From Mobula hypostoma (taxonomy: Eukaryota): DNA of 64,000 nt. The notes under the pieces are model-generated. The model had not been told where the DNA came from and did no database searches. It saw nothing but the letters and a program-made list of their open reading frames with translations. The stretch is taken from assembly GCF_963921235.1 (NCBI RefSeq), contig NC_086109.1, positions 7,504,001 through 7,568,000 of the forward strand, given 5' to 3'. A program made the translations under genes and the position numbers. Positions 22,855 through 35,854 of the stretch are shown piece after piece; position 1 is the stretch's first letter, and each line of letters starts with the position of its first letter.

Positions 22855-23940
22855 GGAATCAAAATCAGGTTTATTATCACCGGCATGTGATGTGAAATTT
22901 ATTAACTTAGCAGCAGTAGTTCAATGCAATACATAATAAGAAGAAACTAATAATAATAATAAATAAATAAACAAACAAACAAACAAATAAATAAATCCTT
23001 TTCAGTATATACTCTATATATATATATATATATATATATAGAATAGATTAAAATTCGTGCAAAAAACAGAAATACTATATATTAAAAATAAGTGTGGTAG
23101 TGTCCAAGGGTTCAATGTTCATTTAGGAATCAGACAGCAGAGGGGAAGAAGCTGTTCCTGAATCGCTGAGTGTGTGCCTTCAGACTTCTGTACCTCCTAT
23201 CTGACGGTAACAGTGAGAACAGGGCATGCCCTGTATGCTGGAGGTCCTTAATAATGGACGCTGCCTTTCTGAGACACTGTTCCTTGAAGATGTCCTGGGT
23301 ACTTTGTAGGCTAATATCCAAGATGAAGCTGACTAGATTTACAACATTCTGCAGCTTCTTTTGGTCCTGTGCAGTAGCCCCTCCATACCAGACAGTGATG
23401 CAGCCTGTCAGAATGCTCTCCACAGTACAACTATAGAAGATTTTGAGTGTATTTGTTAACATACCAAATCTCTTCAAACTCCTAATAAAGTATAGCCACT
23501 ACCTTGCCTTCTTTATAACTGCATCGATATGTTGGGACCAGGTTAGATCCTCAGAGATCTTGACACCCAGGAACTTGAAGCTGCTCACTCTCTCTATTTC
23601 TGATCCCTCTTTGCGGATTGGTATGTGTTCCTTCGTCTTACCCTTCCTGAAGTCCACAATCAGCTCTTTCGTCTTACTGATGTTGAGTGCCAGGTTGTTG
23701 CTGAAGACCCACTCCACTAGTTGGCATATCTCACTCCTGTACACTCTCTCGTCACCACCTGAGATTCTACCAACAAAGGTTGTGTCATCAGCAAATTTAT
23801 AGATGGTATTTGAGCTGTGCCTAGCCACACAGTCATGTGTATATAGAGAGTAGAGCAGAGGGCTAAGCACACACCCCTGATATGCACCAGTGTTGATCGT
23901 AGGCGAGGAGGAGATGTTATCACCAATCCGCACAGATATT
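22855..23940 (-). mobile_element. Rex1/Babar-type LINE, 5'-truncated; contains (TAA)/(TAAA)/(CAAA) and (TA)n microsatellites
   Basis: GAYQGCVLSPLLYSLYTHDC, YKFADDTT, LNISKTKELIVDFRK, RFRNSFFPSAV. Confidence 0.9.
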
Positions 23941-24129
23941 GTATTATAATTATATACACATATAATCACAGATAGAGATATTGTATTAAAATTTGAAACT
24001 GTAAATCGTGTGAATCGTGGAAAACTATAATGTAATAACATGGTGCTTTTATCATGGATTAAACCTTTTATGAAAAAGGAAAAAAAACTGAGCCATGAGG
24101 TATTTCAGTTCAGAAAACACAAAAAAAAT

Positions 24130-24460
24130 CATAAGACCATTAGGCATAAGAGCAGAATTAGGCCATTTGGCCCATCGAGTCTGGTATACCATTCATCATG
24201 GCAGATTTACTATCCCTCTCAACCCCATTCTCTGCCTTCGCCCTGTAACTTTAATGCCCTGACTAATCAAAAAAAATCCCACTTCAAGTATTCCCAGTGG
24301 ATTGACCTCCACCGCCTTCCGTGGCAACAAATTCCACAGATTCATCATCCTCTGGCTGAAGAAAATCCCTCTCATCTCGGTTCTAAAGGGATGACTTTCT
24401 CTTCTGAGGCTGTGCCCTCGGGTCCTCGACTCCCTCACTACAGGAAACATCCTCTCTTTG
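24130..24460 (-). mobile_element. CR1 3' end
   Basis: ESRTRGHSLR...FFSQRMMNLWNLLP. Confidence 0.8.
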
Positions 24461-25619
24461 TAGACTCAAAGCATTTGAAACACTCTCAGAGACTTGATGT
24501 ACTTCTTGATTCTATTGGTAGAATTAATTCAACAGAATCAGAATCAGGCTGAATATCACTCTTGTCTGATCTGAAACTTGTTGTCTTGTGGCAGGGGAAT
24601 GGTGGAAAGACATAAAAAATACTATAATTACAAAATAAATAGTGCAAGTAAAAGGAAAACGAGTTATTGGGTTCATGGACTGTTTTGAAACCTCATGGTA
24701 GAGGTGAAGAAACTGTTCCTGAATGAGAGAGTGTTAATCTTCAGGTTATTATACCCTTTTACCTGTCCTGGGGTTAGAGGCCTCTTGTACGTACAAATGG
24801 TTGGGTGGGTGAGAAGAAAGAAAAGAGCTGTTCTGCTGTTGTTACTTTTGTTTTGTTGCTGTTGTTTGGTAACTATTGTTGCTGCTTGTGTTTTACAGTG
24901 AAAATGGTGTGGCCAAACTTGTGGGTTGCTCCCAGCTCATCCTTGGGTGTATTGATTAACGCAAGCAATGCCTCTCACTGCGTGTTTCGATGTACATGTG
25001 ACAAATAATCTGAATCTGATAATGTTTCAGGAGCAAAGGGAAGACAATCACTGTAGGCAACAGCCAATATTTAATTCCACTGCTATTGATTTATAGTGGA
25101 GACACCTCCTTCTTCACGGCCTATGTCTGATTCACAACTATTTACTGTGAAGTCTGGTGATTGTACTTTCATTAATCATGAAATTGGACATCCTTTAGTG
25201 AGAGCTGTTTTATTTCAGGTCATCACAGGGAAGGATGAGATAGGCAACAGAAATTGCCTCCTACAACACATTTTTCCTCTGAGGTATTGGGAATGAAAGC
25301 CATTGTTACTCCCGAAGTAATACACAGAAAATGCTGGAGGAACTGAACAGGTCAGGCAGCATCTATAGAAAGGATTAAAGTGTCAATGCTTCAGGCCGAG
25401 ACCCTTCATTAGGACTCCCAGACAGAGCCAACTGTTAAATCTTCCTTTAAATTTCATCCATTTAAGGTGAGCAGAGGAACGTTTAGGAGGAACATCAAGA
25501 GGTAGGGTTTTTTTACGCAGAGAGTGGTAGGTGATTTGAAAGTTACTCCCTGCAGCCTCTTACTTTCTTGTACATTGAGGTTGTGGTACCAGACCATGTT
25601 GCAACCTGGAGCATTCCTT

Positions 25620-26000
25620 GAAGAGTAGTAGATTGAGAGGAGATTTGATAGAGGTATATGAGGGGTACGTTAGGGTAAATGCAAGCAGGCTTTTTCCACT
25701 GCGGTTTGGTGACACTAGAACTGGAGGTCATGGGTTAAGGGTGAAAGGTGAAATGTTTAAGGGGAACCCGAGGGGTAGCTTCACTCAGAGGCTGATGTAA
25801 GTGTGGAACGAGCTGCCGGTAGAAGTGGTGGATGTGGGTTTTATGCAACATTTGAGAGATGTTTGATAATTAGGTGGATGGGAGTGATTTGGAGTGCTAT
25901 GGTCCAGGTGTAGGGTGATTGGACTTGGCAGAGTAACAGTTCAGCATGGATGAGATGGACTGCTGGCCTGTTTCTGTGTCCTGTGCTCTGTGACGCTATG
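25620..26000 (+). mobile_element. CR1 3' end
   Basis: RLRGDLIEVY...TRTGGHGLRVKGE. Confidence 0.8.
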
Positions 26001-27429
26001 AGCTGTTGAGAAGGGCATTGTAGAGTTGTGGAGGGTGTGAGCTCGGCCAGGTTGAGTTGGGCTGAGGGTGGAGGTAGGGAGCTGGGCTCACATCCAAGCT
26101 GTGACGGGGGTTTAAGTTTCAAACATGACCAGGGTCTCCCTGCAATGCATTCGGAAAGGTGCAGGAATGCCTATGGTGTTTGCTGGACTCACAGCCATTG
26201 TGCTGCTGTCGTCAGGCTCCCTGATCCAAGGGCTTCGACCAACGGGCCTTGACTTTCAGATTCGGCAAGTTCAATCTTCAACATTTGGTCTTTGACCTTC
26301 AATGTCGACCCCCCTGGTCTCACCAATTGCAGAACTTTGGAGTCCAGGTGTCGAACCGGTGTGGAGCACCACAATAACGTTTGGTTAGCCCAGCCCTATC
26401 ACATCTCGGGGCTTTGGAGGTCGGGGATCAATCCTGGTGTCCTCTTTAAAGAGGTTCTTTACATCCTCTACATGGCTGCTCTGGTTTCAAAGAGAAACCT
26501 GGTTGGGTTAATTGGTCATTGTAAATTGTCCCATGGTTAGGTTAGGGTTAATCCAGAGTTGTCGTGGATTGCTGGGCCAGAAGGATATTCTGTGCTGAAT
26601 CTCTAAATAAGTGAAAAAAAATTCTGGACTGGTGTGGGCCTCCAAACCCATGAGTCACTGACCTGGGTTTTGTCCCTGATCTGGACTCGCGAACTCTGCA
26701 TAAAAAAATCTTGCCCAGAAAACTCCCTGTGAGGATTCTCCCCGGACGTGCCACCATCTTGCTTTTCCAGGTGGGGGGTCTTTCAGTGAGTTGTGGTAGT
26801 GGAGCTTACAACAAAAGACTGCTCGAGCCTCCTGCATTGTGATCAGCTTTCACTGAAGGGCAGATGCCCTCCGCCAAATTAAAGACACCAAAATGCCTCT
26901 CATCCTTACCTCCTATCTCCAGGGACATCAGCAGAGCCGAGTCTGTTGTCATATCCCCATGTATAGACAGGTGCAAAGAAAAGCTGACCTACAGGAGCTT
27001 CATGGTCACCTGGCATGGGAGACACACAGCGACGAGAAAAACATAAATTATACAAGAGAGAACACAGTTAGAAATAAAATCAAAATCCTTTGCAGTCCAA
27101 AATGATCAAAGAGGCTCAAGTTGAAGTTCATGTTCATTGTCATTCAACTGTACACACGTATACCACCAAATAAAACAACGTTCCTCTCAACCAAGGTGAA
27201 CAATACAGCACATATAACTCACACACAACTCATAAAGTAACATTACCACAAACAAATTAACAAATAATAAGGTGCATATACAATACAAGTGACAAAGTAA
27301 ACAGTCTAACTCCTCTAGTGTTTCATATGTGTTGAGACCTGGGGTGGTGCCAGGGAGTCCAGTAGGCTTACAGCCAGGGGGACGAAGCTGTTTCCCATCC
27401 TAACACTTCTTGTCCTAATGCCATGGTAC

Positions 27430-27761
27430 CCCTTGCCCATCCTCTGGTTCCCCCTCCACCTTTTCTTTCTCCCTAGGCTTCTTGTCCCATGATCCTCTCA
27501 TATCCCCTTTGCCAATCACCTGTCCAGCTCTTGGCTCCATCCCTCCCCCTCCTGTCTTCTCCTATCATTTCGGATCTCCCCCTCCCCTTCCCACTTTCAA
27601 ATCTCTTACTAGCTCTTCTTTCAGTTAGTCCTGACGAAGGATCTCGGCCCGAAATGTCGACTGTTCCTCTTCCTAGAGATGCTGCCTGGCCTGCTGCGTT
27701 CACCAGCAACTTTGATGTGTATTGCTTGAAATTCCAACATCTGCAGAATTCCTTGTGTTTG
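27430..27761 (+). mobile_element. Young 5'-truncated PLE tail inserted in a minus-strand Rex-type fragment (about 27115-28020)
   Basis: Near-identical to 50020-50356; hammerhead-type core at 27626-27663; the 5' junction GTACCCCTTGCCC resembles the downstream target GTACCTCTTGCCT. Confidence 0.85.
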
Positions 27762-30696
27762 CATGTACCTCTTGCCTGATGGTAGGGGGTCAAAGAAGTT
27801 GAGGGACAGATGGGAGGTGTCCTTGCCAAAGATAGGAAGGACCCGCATACGCAGCACTCCTGATAAATCTATCTGATGGGTGGAAGAGAGACCCCGGTGA
27901 TCCGCGCAAGCGCCCTCACAATCCTTTGTATGGACTTGCGGTCAGATGCCTTGCAGTTGCCATACCAGACGGTGACACAGCTGGTCAGGACACTCTCGAT
28001 GGTGCTCCTGTAAAAATAGGTTTAACTGGTTATAGAGCAGGTAGTGTTTAGGGTTGCGTCATTTGATACAAGAGCCAAACGGTTGAAGGGACGGAGCATC
28101 AACTTGAGATAATGCTGTGCCTTAATCACCATGACTTCCTCCATGTTCTGACCTCACGGAAACCTATTGAACATTGAAACACCGAGATAGAGTGGATGTG
28201 GAGCGGATATATCTGATAGTGGGAGAGTCCAGGACCAGAGGACACGGCCTCAGAATACAAGGACACTTCCCTTGACAGCACAGTCTAAAGCGTATTCTCT
28301 GAATCATAGTCAAAGTTCAAAGAAAGTTTACTTTTAAACTACATATACGTCACCATATATAACCTTGAGATTCATTTTCTTGCGAGCATACACAGTAAAT
28401 CTTTAGAATAGTAACCATAACAGAATCAATGAAACACCGCCCAACTAAGGCATTCAACCGAAGTGCAGAAGACAGTACACTGTGCGAATACAAAAGAAAA
28501 AAAATTAATAAATAAACAATAAATACCAAGAGCATGCGATGAAGAGTCCTTGAAAGTGAGACCATTGGTTGAGGGAACAGTTCAGTGTTGGGGCAAGTGA
28601 AGTTGAGTGAACTTTATCCCCGATGGTTGAGGGGTAGTAACTGTTCTTGAACCTGGTGGTGTGCACCAGTCTTATGGTCATTCTCTTCAAAGTGTACAAC
28701 TGCTCAGTTGTGAAATTGAATGTGCTCTGTGGGAGCTCCCATTAAATCTTCAGTCTCTGGCAGCTGGCTTCCAGAGAAAGGCAGCAAGTTCCAAGCTCAT
28801 TACAGTCTCCTGGAAAGTCTTGTGTTTTGTGTGCCCTAATGAGATGGATCCTGCGGCAAATGTCCTTAAAGTCTGTGTGGGTTGTAAGGTTAGAGAATCA
28901 ATGGTAAGGTACAACAGCCACTCTGGCAACATTGTGATGGTTTTCGAATGCCAGAGGGTGGTGAATCTATGAAATTCATTGCCACAGATGGCTGTGGAGG
29001 CCAAGTCTTTGGGTAGATTTAAAGTGGAGGCTGATAGGTTCTTGGTTATGAAGGAGGTCAATGGTTATGGGGAGAAGGCAGGAGAGTGGGGTTGAGAGGG
29101 ATAATAAATCACCAATGATCGAATGGTGGACCAGACTCAATGGGCTGAATGGTCTAATTATGTTCCTATGTCTAATGGTCTTGTGATCTGAACTTGGTAA
29201 CCTTCATTCCACTGGCCTGGGCCCCTGTTATAGTCCACCCAAACTCATTTAAAGTTGACAAAAATAATTCTCTAAAATGACTGCACTTTTGACACAAGAT
29301 GTGATTAATATTGAGTGGGGGGGGGTGTGGTGAAGAGACAAGGGGCACAACGTTGTGGAATTGGATAACGATTGATGCGGCCACTTTAAGGAGAAGCCAA
29401 GCACATGAAGAAAATACCAATAAGTGCAATATTTTCAACAGTGTAATACCATCCAATGCTACAAGATATTACAGTCCCCCGACTGTGCAATAAACTCTTG
29501 TTTGTTGGCAACACAATCTCCTGAGATCGATACCTTCTGCAGTAAATGGAAAGAAAATATTGATTTCAAACAGCAGTGAGAAACAACTGGCGGCAGAGTA
29601 TTCACCTCAGCTCGACGGAACCTCTGCGACATACAGCTCGCCTGGGGAATCCAAATATATTCTGGAAAATTCACATTGCTAACATCATCAGGAGATGAAA
29701 TTATATCTCTCCAGTCATAAATTAATCCACTCCCTATTAACTTCCAAGTGAACCAGAGTGCATTTATGATAGATTAAATCCGACTATATATATTTAGCCT
29801 TGAAGTATACTTGGCAAATTTATAATCGAAGAAATTATATCAGCTCTAGAGCAAGACAGTGCAAGAGAGACCAACAATCTCCCCTTGAAGTTAATCCATG
29901 GACTCATGCTGAAGGGCTCTACAACTCGTGTTCTCGATATTTATTGCTTATTTAGCTTTTTTTCTTTTTGTATTCACACGGCGTGTTGCCTTTTGCACAT
30001 TGGTTGTTTGGCTGTCTCTGTGGTGTGTAGTTTTTCAAAGGTTCAAAGGTTCATTTATAATCAAAGTATACAACTCTGAGATTCTTCTTCTCCAGATAGC
30101 GATGAAACCAAGAGAAAAAAAGAACGGCGACAAGATCATCGACCCTCCCCCCATCCCTCCTCCGCACAAAATGCAACAAGACCATTGGCCCCCAGACCAC
30201 CCCCCTGCACAAAACCCCACAAGAACATTGACCCCCAAATGCCCCTTCCCTACTCAAAAATCTCCAAGAACAAATGGGTTAAAACACAGAATATTTAAAA
30301 AAACTGTGATTGAAAAATGTCCATAGCCCATAGTCCAAATCCATATCCATATCTAAAACACAGAAAACCTCGGTAACTTCTTCCAGGCACAGCGGCTGAC
30401 CACACATACTCCCCTCTCCATGGCAGAGTGATCCCACCAGCGGTTTGAAGGCCGGTAGCCAGCGCTCACCTTCCACTTTCACCTCAACGGAAGCTTTGTG
30501 TTGATTCTGTTGTGCTTCTTTGTATTTACTGTGAATGGCTCCAGTAAAATGAATCTCAGGGTTGTGTATGGTGACATATATGTACTTTGATAATACGTTT
30601 ACTTTGACCTTTTGAACTTTAATATTAACACAGCATTAACAAACTGTTGGATTGGGCTGTAGAATTGTTATATTTCTTGTAGTTTAACATTCCTAT

Positions 30697-31141
30697 GCTT
30701 GCTTACTTGTTGCCCGTTACACCACTGGCATTTAGGGCAGTAATGAAGGTCCTCCATCTTCATTGGAAAATGCACAGTCTTGGCCTGAAACGTCAACTGT
30801 AACTCTTCTCCATAGATACTGCCTGGCCTGCTGAGTCCCTCCAGCATTTTGTGTGGGTTGCAGATTTTCTCCTGCTTGTGTTTGGATTCCTCCATCTTCA
30901 TTGCTGTTTCTGTAACAATTGTTTTCTGACTAGTCAGGATTGTTAGCCCCTGAGCTGAACCCCCGAACCTGCAGGACCAGTGGACTACTCTTAGTCTGGC
31001 CTCTGACCTTTGACCTGCTTGGCATGGGTGACCCTACCAAGAGCCAAATCAAAAGGCCCTGATTCCAGCCAACATAGCTCTCAGGGTCATTGAAGCACGC
31101 AAGCCTCCAAACCCTACAACAAGGCTGTTGTCCTGTTGGAA
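30697..31141 (-). mobile_element. Internally deleted RTE-derived element with a PLE tail fragment inserted at 30766-30887
   Basis: Matches 9670-10098; the insert is flanked by a 16-bp direct repeat TCCTCCATCTTCATTG (30750-30765, 30888-30903). Confidence 0.7.
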
Positions 31142-31448
31142 GGTGCTTGTTTGTGTTTCTATATAATCACTTGTATATGTGTGATTGTTCAGTGACTTTC
31201 AAGTGGTTACAGTTGCCTCTGTACTTTTCTGGAAGCTTCCTAGTTTTAGTGGTGGTGTCCCATTACTTGAATCTGGCTATTCTATCAATGGAATTTACTG
31301 CAATCAGGAGTCCGGTATGAGACCTATGTTTTGTCTCTTTTTTTTGTGCGTTCTCTTTCCCCACACTTCCCTTTGTCTGCTTGTATCCTTCTCTTTTTCT
31401 CTTTGTCTCTCACCACACTTCTCTCTCTCTCCCTTTGCCTTCTAACAG

Positions 31449-31462
31449 TTAATGAAATGATC
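31449..31462 (+). other. Candidate 14-nt microexon
   Basis: About 125 nt of AG-free pyrimidine tract, then TTTGCCTTCTAACAG|TTAATGAAATGATC|GTAAGC. Confidence 0.35.
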
Positions 31463-31779
31463 GTAAGCAACAAGTTTTATATGTCATTCTTGACTTCCGA
31501 AGAACTTTTTGATTATAGAAGCATCAAAGCTGAAGGTCATGATTGACAGAAGTTTAGCTGAATCACCGTGAAAATATAGAAGTTACAAGAGATCAAACAC
31601 CCATTGCCAAGGGACTCAGCTTGCAACACCTCAAAACTTTTCCACAATCTCAAGGGACAAGTGATGAGTGTGCTGGAATGCTCTTCACAACCCTACAGCT
31701 CAAAAGCACTTTGCTGTAGAGCAATACAGCATGGATACAGGCCAATCTAGTCCATGTCTACCATGGTGCCCAACCAGTT

Positions 31780-32296
31780 AATCTAATCAGCCAATCATGT
31801 GGCAGCAACTCAATGCATTAAAGCATGCAGACATGGTCAAGAGGTTCAGTTGTTTTTCAGATCAAATGCTGGAATAGGGAAGATATGTGATCTAAGTAAC
31901 TTTGAACATGGAATGATAGTGCCAAGTGGGATGGTTTGAATCTCTCAAAATCTGCTGATCTCCTGAGATTTTCACGTACAAAAGTCTTCAGAGTTTACAG
32001 AGAATGGTGTGGAAAAATTCTAAGAAAACATCCAGTCAGCAGCAGTTCTGTGGGTGAAAACACTTTGTTAATGAGAGAGGTCGGAGGAGAATGTCCAGGC
32101 TAGTTCAAGCTGACGGGAAGGCAACAGTAACTCAAATAACCACACATTACAACAGTGGTGTGCAGAAGAGCATCTCTGAGCGCACAACACATTGAACCTG
32201 GAAGTGGATGGGCTACAACAGCAGAAGATCATGAACAAACACTCAGTGGCCACTTTGTTAGGTACAGGAGGTACGTAATCAAGTTGCCACTGAGTG
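31780..32296 (+). mobile_element. Tc1-derived non-autonomous element, left end missing
   Basis: Same family; right TIR-TIR hairpin at 32240-32296 followed by TA. Confidence 0.8.
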
Positions 32297-33046
32297 TATA
32301 TGAATTTTAATAATAAATTTACTTCAAACTTTGATATCTTTCTGTAACCGGCTGCCTAAGGTTATTGTTGATGTGTGGAAGAGACAAGGAGGATCCGCCA
32401 CTTACAGGTTGGCTTTCATGTCCTACATCACCTTGGAGATACGTCACCATAACTTCTCTGTCACCAGCTCTGAGCCCTGCAATCCTCCCTGCACCTTTGC
32501 TAGAAGGACTGTCCGGATGTCAAGGCAGCAGCTCACCACCACCCTCTCAAGGGGCAATTAGAGATGATCATCAAGACTTCTCAAGACGAAGATTGACTAT
32601 AGTTTTTACCAAATACTGGCAAACCTTCCCTTTGAGCTGCCGCACACAACTGAAATGCAGATTTCATTTCTGTCAGGCTGAAGAAAGTGCCTCCGTTCTC
32701 CTGAGAGCAGAAACAGTCCTGGGGAGATTTATTAAGAGCTTTCGATCACTTTGATGAATATGTAATTCTTTACATTACTCAATATGATAACTCAAGTTTC
32801 TAGCTACTTTACGGATTGGTGTATGAATCTAAAAAGAGGCATACACTCTGAAAAAACATATAAAAACAAAACACTCTAGAAAAAAATGATGCTGACATGT
32901 TGGGAATCTTGGTTTATTTGCATTAATTAAGAAGCAAAATGACAGATAACTGAAGCAAAAGCTGCAAGTAAAAATTGCAGATAGAAAGCGCATGAAATAT
33001 TTAGCTCGTCAGATAGCATCTGCCTCTCCTCAAATACTGCCAGATC

Positions 33047-33275
33047 TGAAACACCTTCAATTACTCCAAAAGACTGAGGTTTGGTAAAATACTGAAAGGC
33101 TTTTATTCGCTGTACAATACGACCTCCACAGTGAGTGTCTGCCCCCGGACTGAGGGGGAGGGGCAAGGCGAACACCTTTATACAGGACTCTGTGGGAGGA
33201 GCCACAGGGGCAGTCAGCAGAGGGGTGTGTCCAGACAGGTAACCAAGTTACAACATATATACATGGTTTACCACA
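33047..33275 (-). mobile_element. Solo LTR (229 bp)
   Basis: TG...CA termini; perfect 5-bp TSD AGATC (33042-33046, 33276-33280); TATAAAGG and AATAAA on the minus strand. Confidence 0.85.
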
Positions 33276-33284
33276 AGATCTTCT

Positions 33285-33735
33285 GATCATCTTCACGGTG
33301 GAGAGCATTCTGACTGGTGGCATCACCAAACGCCTGGTATGAAGGGGCCAATGCGCAGGATCAGAAAAGGCTACAGAAAATCGTAAACTCAGCCAGCTCC
33401 AAAATGGGCTCTAGTCTCCCCAGCATCAGGGACATCTTAGAAAGACAATGCCTCCAGAAGGTGGCATCCATCATTAAGGACACCCACCACCCAGAGTACG
33501 GCCACTTCTCAGGGAGGAGGTGCAGGAGCCTGAAGACACACACTCAACATTTTAGGAACTTTTTGTACCCTTCCACAATCAGATTTCTGAACGGACAATT
33601 AACTTATAAGTATTATATCACTTTTGGTTTCTTATTGCACTACTTATTTATTTGAAACTTGTAATAATTTTTATGTATTGCAATGTATTGCTACCACATA
33701 ACAGCAAATTTCACGACATATGTCTGTGATGTTAG
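33285..33735 (+). mobile_element. Rex1/Babar-type LINE 3' fragment
   Basis: AQDQKRLQKIVN...ASIIKDTHHP...HFRNFLYPSTIRFLN. Confidence 0.8.
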
Positions 33736-34650
33736 TCATAGTCATAGTCATACTTTATTGATCCCGGGGGAAATTGGTTTTCGTTGCAGTTGCACCATAA
33801 ATAATAAATAGTAATAAAACCATAAATAGTTGAATAGTAATATGTAAATTATGCCAGTAAATTATGAAATAAATCCAGGACCAGTCTATTGGCTCAGGGT
33901 GTCTGACCCTCCAAGGGAGGAGTTGTAAAGTTTGATGGCCACAGGCAGGAATGACTTCCTATGACGCTCTGTGTTGCATCTCGGTGGAATGAGTCTCTGG
34001 CTGAATGTACTCCTGTGCCCACCCAGTACATTATGTAGTGGATGGGAGACATTGTCCAAGATGGCATGCAACTTACACAGCATCCTCTTTTCAGACACCA
34101 CCATCAGAGAGTCCAGTTCCATCCCCACAACATCACTGGCTTTACGAATGAGTTTGTTGATTCTGTTGGTGTCTGCTACCCTCAGCCTGCTGCCCCAGCA
34201 CACGACAGCAAGCATGATAACACTGGCCACCACAGACTCGTATCACCTCAGCATCATCTGGCAGATGTTAAAGGACCTCAGTCTCCTCAGGAAATAGAGA
34301 CGGCTCTGACCCTTCTTGTAGACAGCCTCGGTGTTCTTTGACCAATCCAGTTTATTGTCAATTCGTATCCCCAGGTATTTGTAATCCTGCACCATGTCCA
34401 CACTGATCCCCTGGATGGAAACAGGGGTCACCAGTACCTTAGCTCTCCTCAGGTCTACCACCAGCTCCTTAGTCTTTTTCACATTAAGCTGCAGATAATT
34501 CTGCTCTCACCATGTGACAAAGTTTCCTACCGTAGCCTTGAACTCAACCTCATCTCCCTTGCTGATGCATCCAACTATGGCAGAGTCATCCGAAAACTTC
34601 TGAAGATGACAAGACTCTGTGCAGTAGTTGAAGTCCGAGGTGTAAGTGGT
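33736..34650 (-). mobile_element. Rex1-type LINE, 5'-truncated, (ACTATG)n tail; second tail copy at 36203-36401
   Basis: QKFSDDSAIVG, KTKELVVDLRR, YKYLGIRIDNKLDW, RKSFLPVAIKLYN. Confidence 0.9.
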
Positions 34651-35854
34651 GAAGAGAACCTGCTGCTGATTCCACTGGCCTTCGATGAGGAGAAGTCCAT
34701 TCTGTCACAACCCTACCTGAAGGATATACTTTCACCTCGTCTCTGTCCAAAATGGGTATTGGAATTGGTTAGTACTGTCGGAGATAGAGAGAGAAGTTTG
34801 TCCTGCACACTATTTTTCTGACTTAATTTCGAGATAAAGCATGGTAACAGGTCCTTCTGGCCCAGCGAGCCAGTGCTGCCCAATTACACCCGTGTGACCA
34901 ATTAATCTATCAACCTGTACGTTTTTGGATTGTGGGAAGAAACTGGAGCACCCAGAGGAAACCCACGCGGTCACGGGGAGAGTGTACAAACTCCCTACAG
35001 ACAGTGGCGGGCAATGAACCCAGGTCACCCCGCTAACATTGATGTCCCACTCTTTTTATTGTTCAGTACCTGAGTATATGTGAAAAGGATAAACGAATAT
35101 TCCAATTTACCAATGGTAGATTTCTTCCACTGAAAGGAATTAGAGAATCAGATAGATTTTTATGACCATTGGCAGTGTCCTGTTCGTCTTTTGTGGACCA
35201 TTCAGAAATCTGATTGTGGAGGGACAGAAACGATTCCTAAAACATTGAATCTGAGTACAGACATAATTACACAGTGCACTGAGCTGGAACAAGGGAAAAC
35301 AGTAGCAGAGATCTGAAGATTTGTGCAGGGGGTAGGGGGGTCTGGGGGCCAATGGTCTTGTTGCATTTTGTGCGAGGGAGGGGAACTTGGGGGATCAATG
35401 ATCTTGCCGCCATTCTTTTTTTTTCTCCAGATTTCGTGGCTATCTAGAGAAGAAAAATCTCAGAGTTGTATACTTTGATAATAAATGAACCATTGAACCT
35501 TTGAAAAACTACACACCACAGAGACAGACAAGCAACCAATGTGCAAAAGACAACACGCTGTGCGAATACAGAAAAAAAAAACCCAAAATAATAACTAAAT
35601 GAGCAATAAATATCAAGAACACAAGTTGTAGAGTCCTGGGATCTGCAGCATTTTGCTTTTGGATGGTAAAATGCACGCCTGTTAATGGATGCGCTTGGAA
35701 GCAATGTTCTTGAGCTATTTCCAATCATGAGGTGCAGTTATGGCGGTAGCAGCACCATGGAGAAATGATCAGGCCAGGGCTCGGTGAGTAAAGCAGGAAC
35801 CAAAGTTCAAATCCCTGTCCTGCCTCTCCTGCTTTAGAAATGGAATTCATTTCA

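Noticed and set aside
25219..25283. Plus-strand exon candidate (VITGKDEIGNRNCLLQHIFPL)
   Set aside because: 65 nt with a modest donor, unrecognised peptide and no phase fit with the other candidates.
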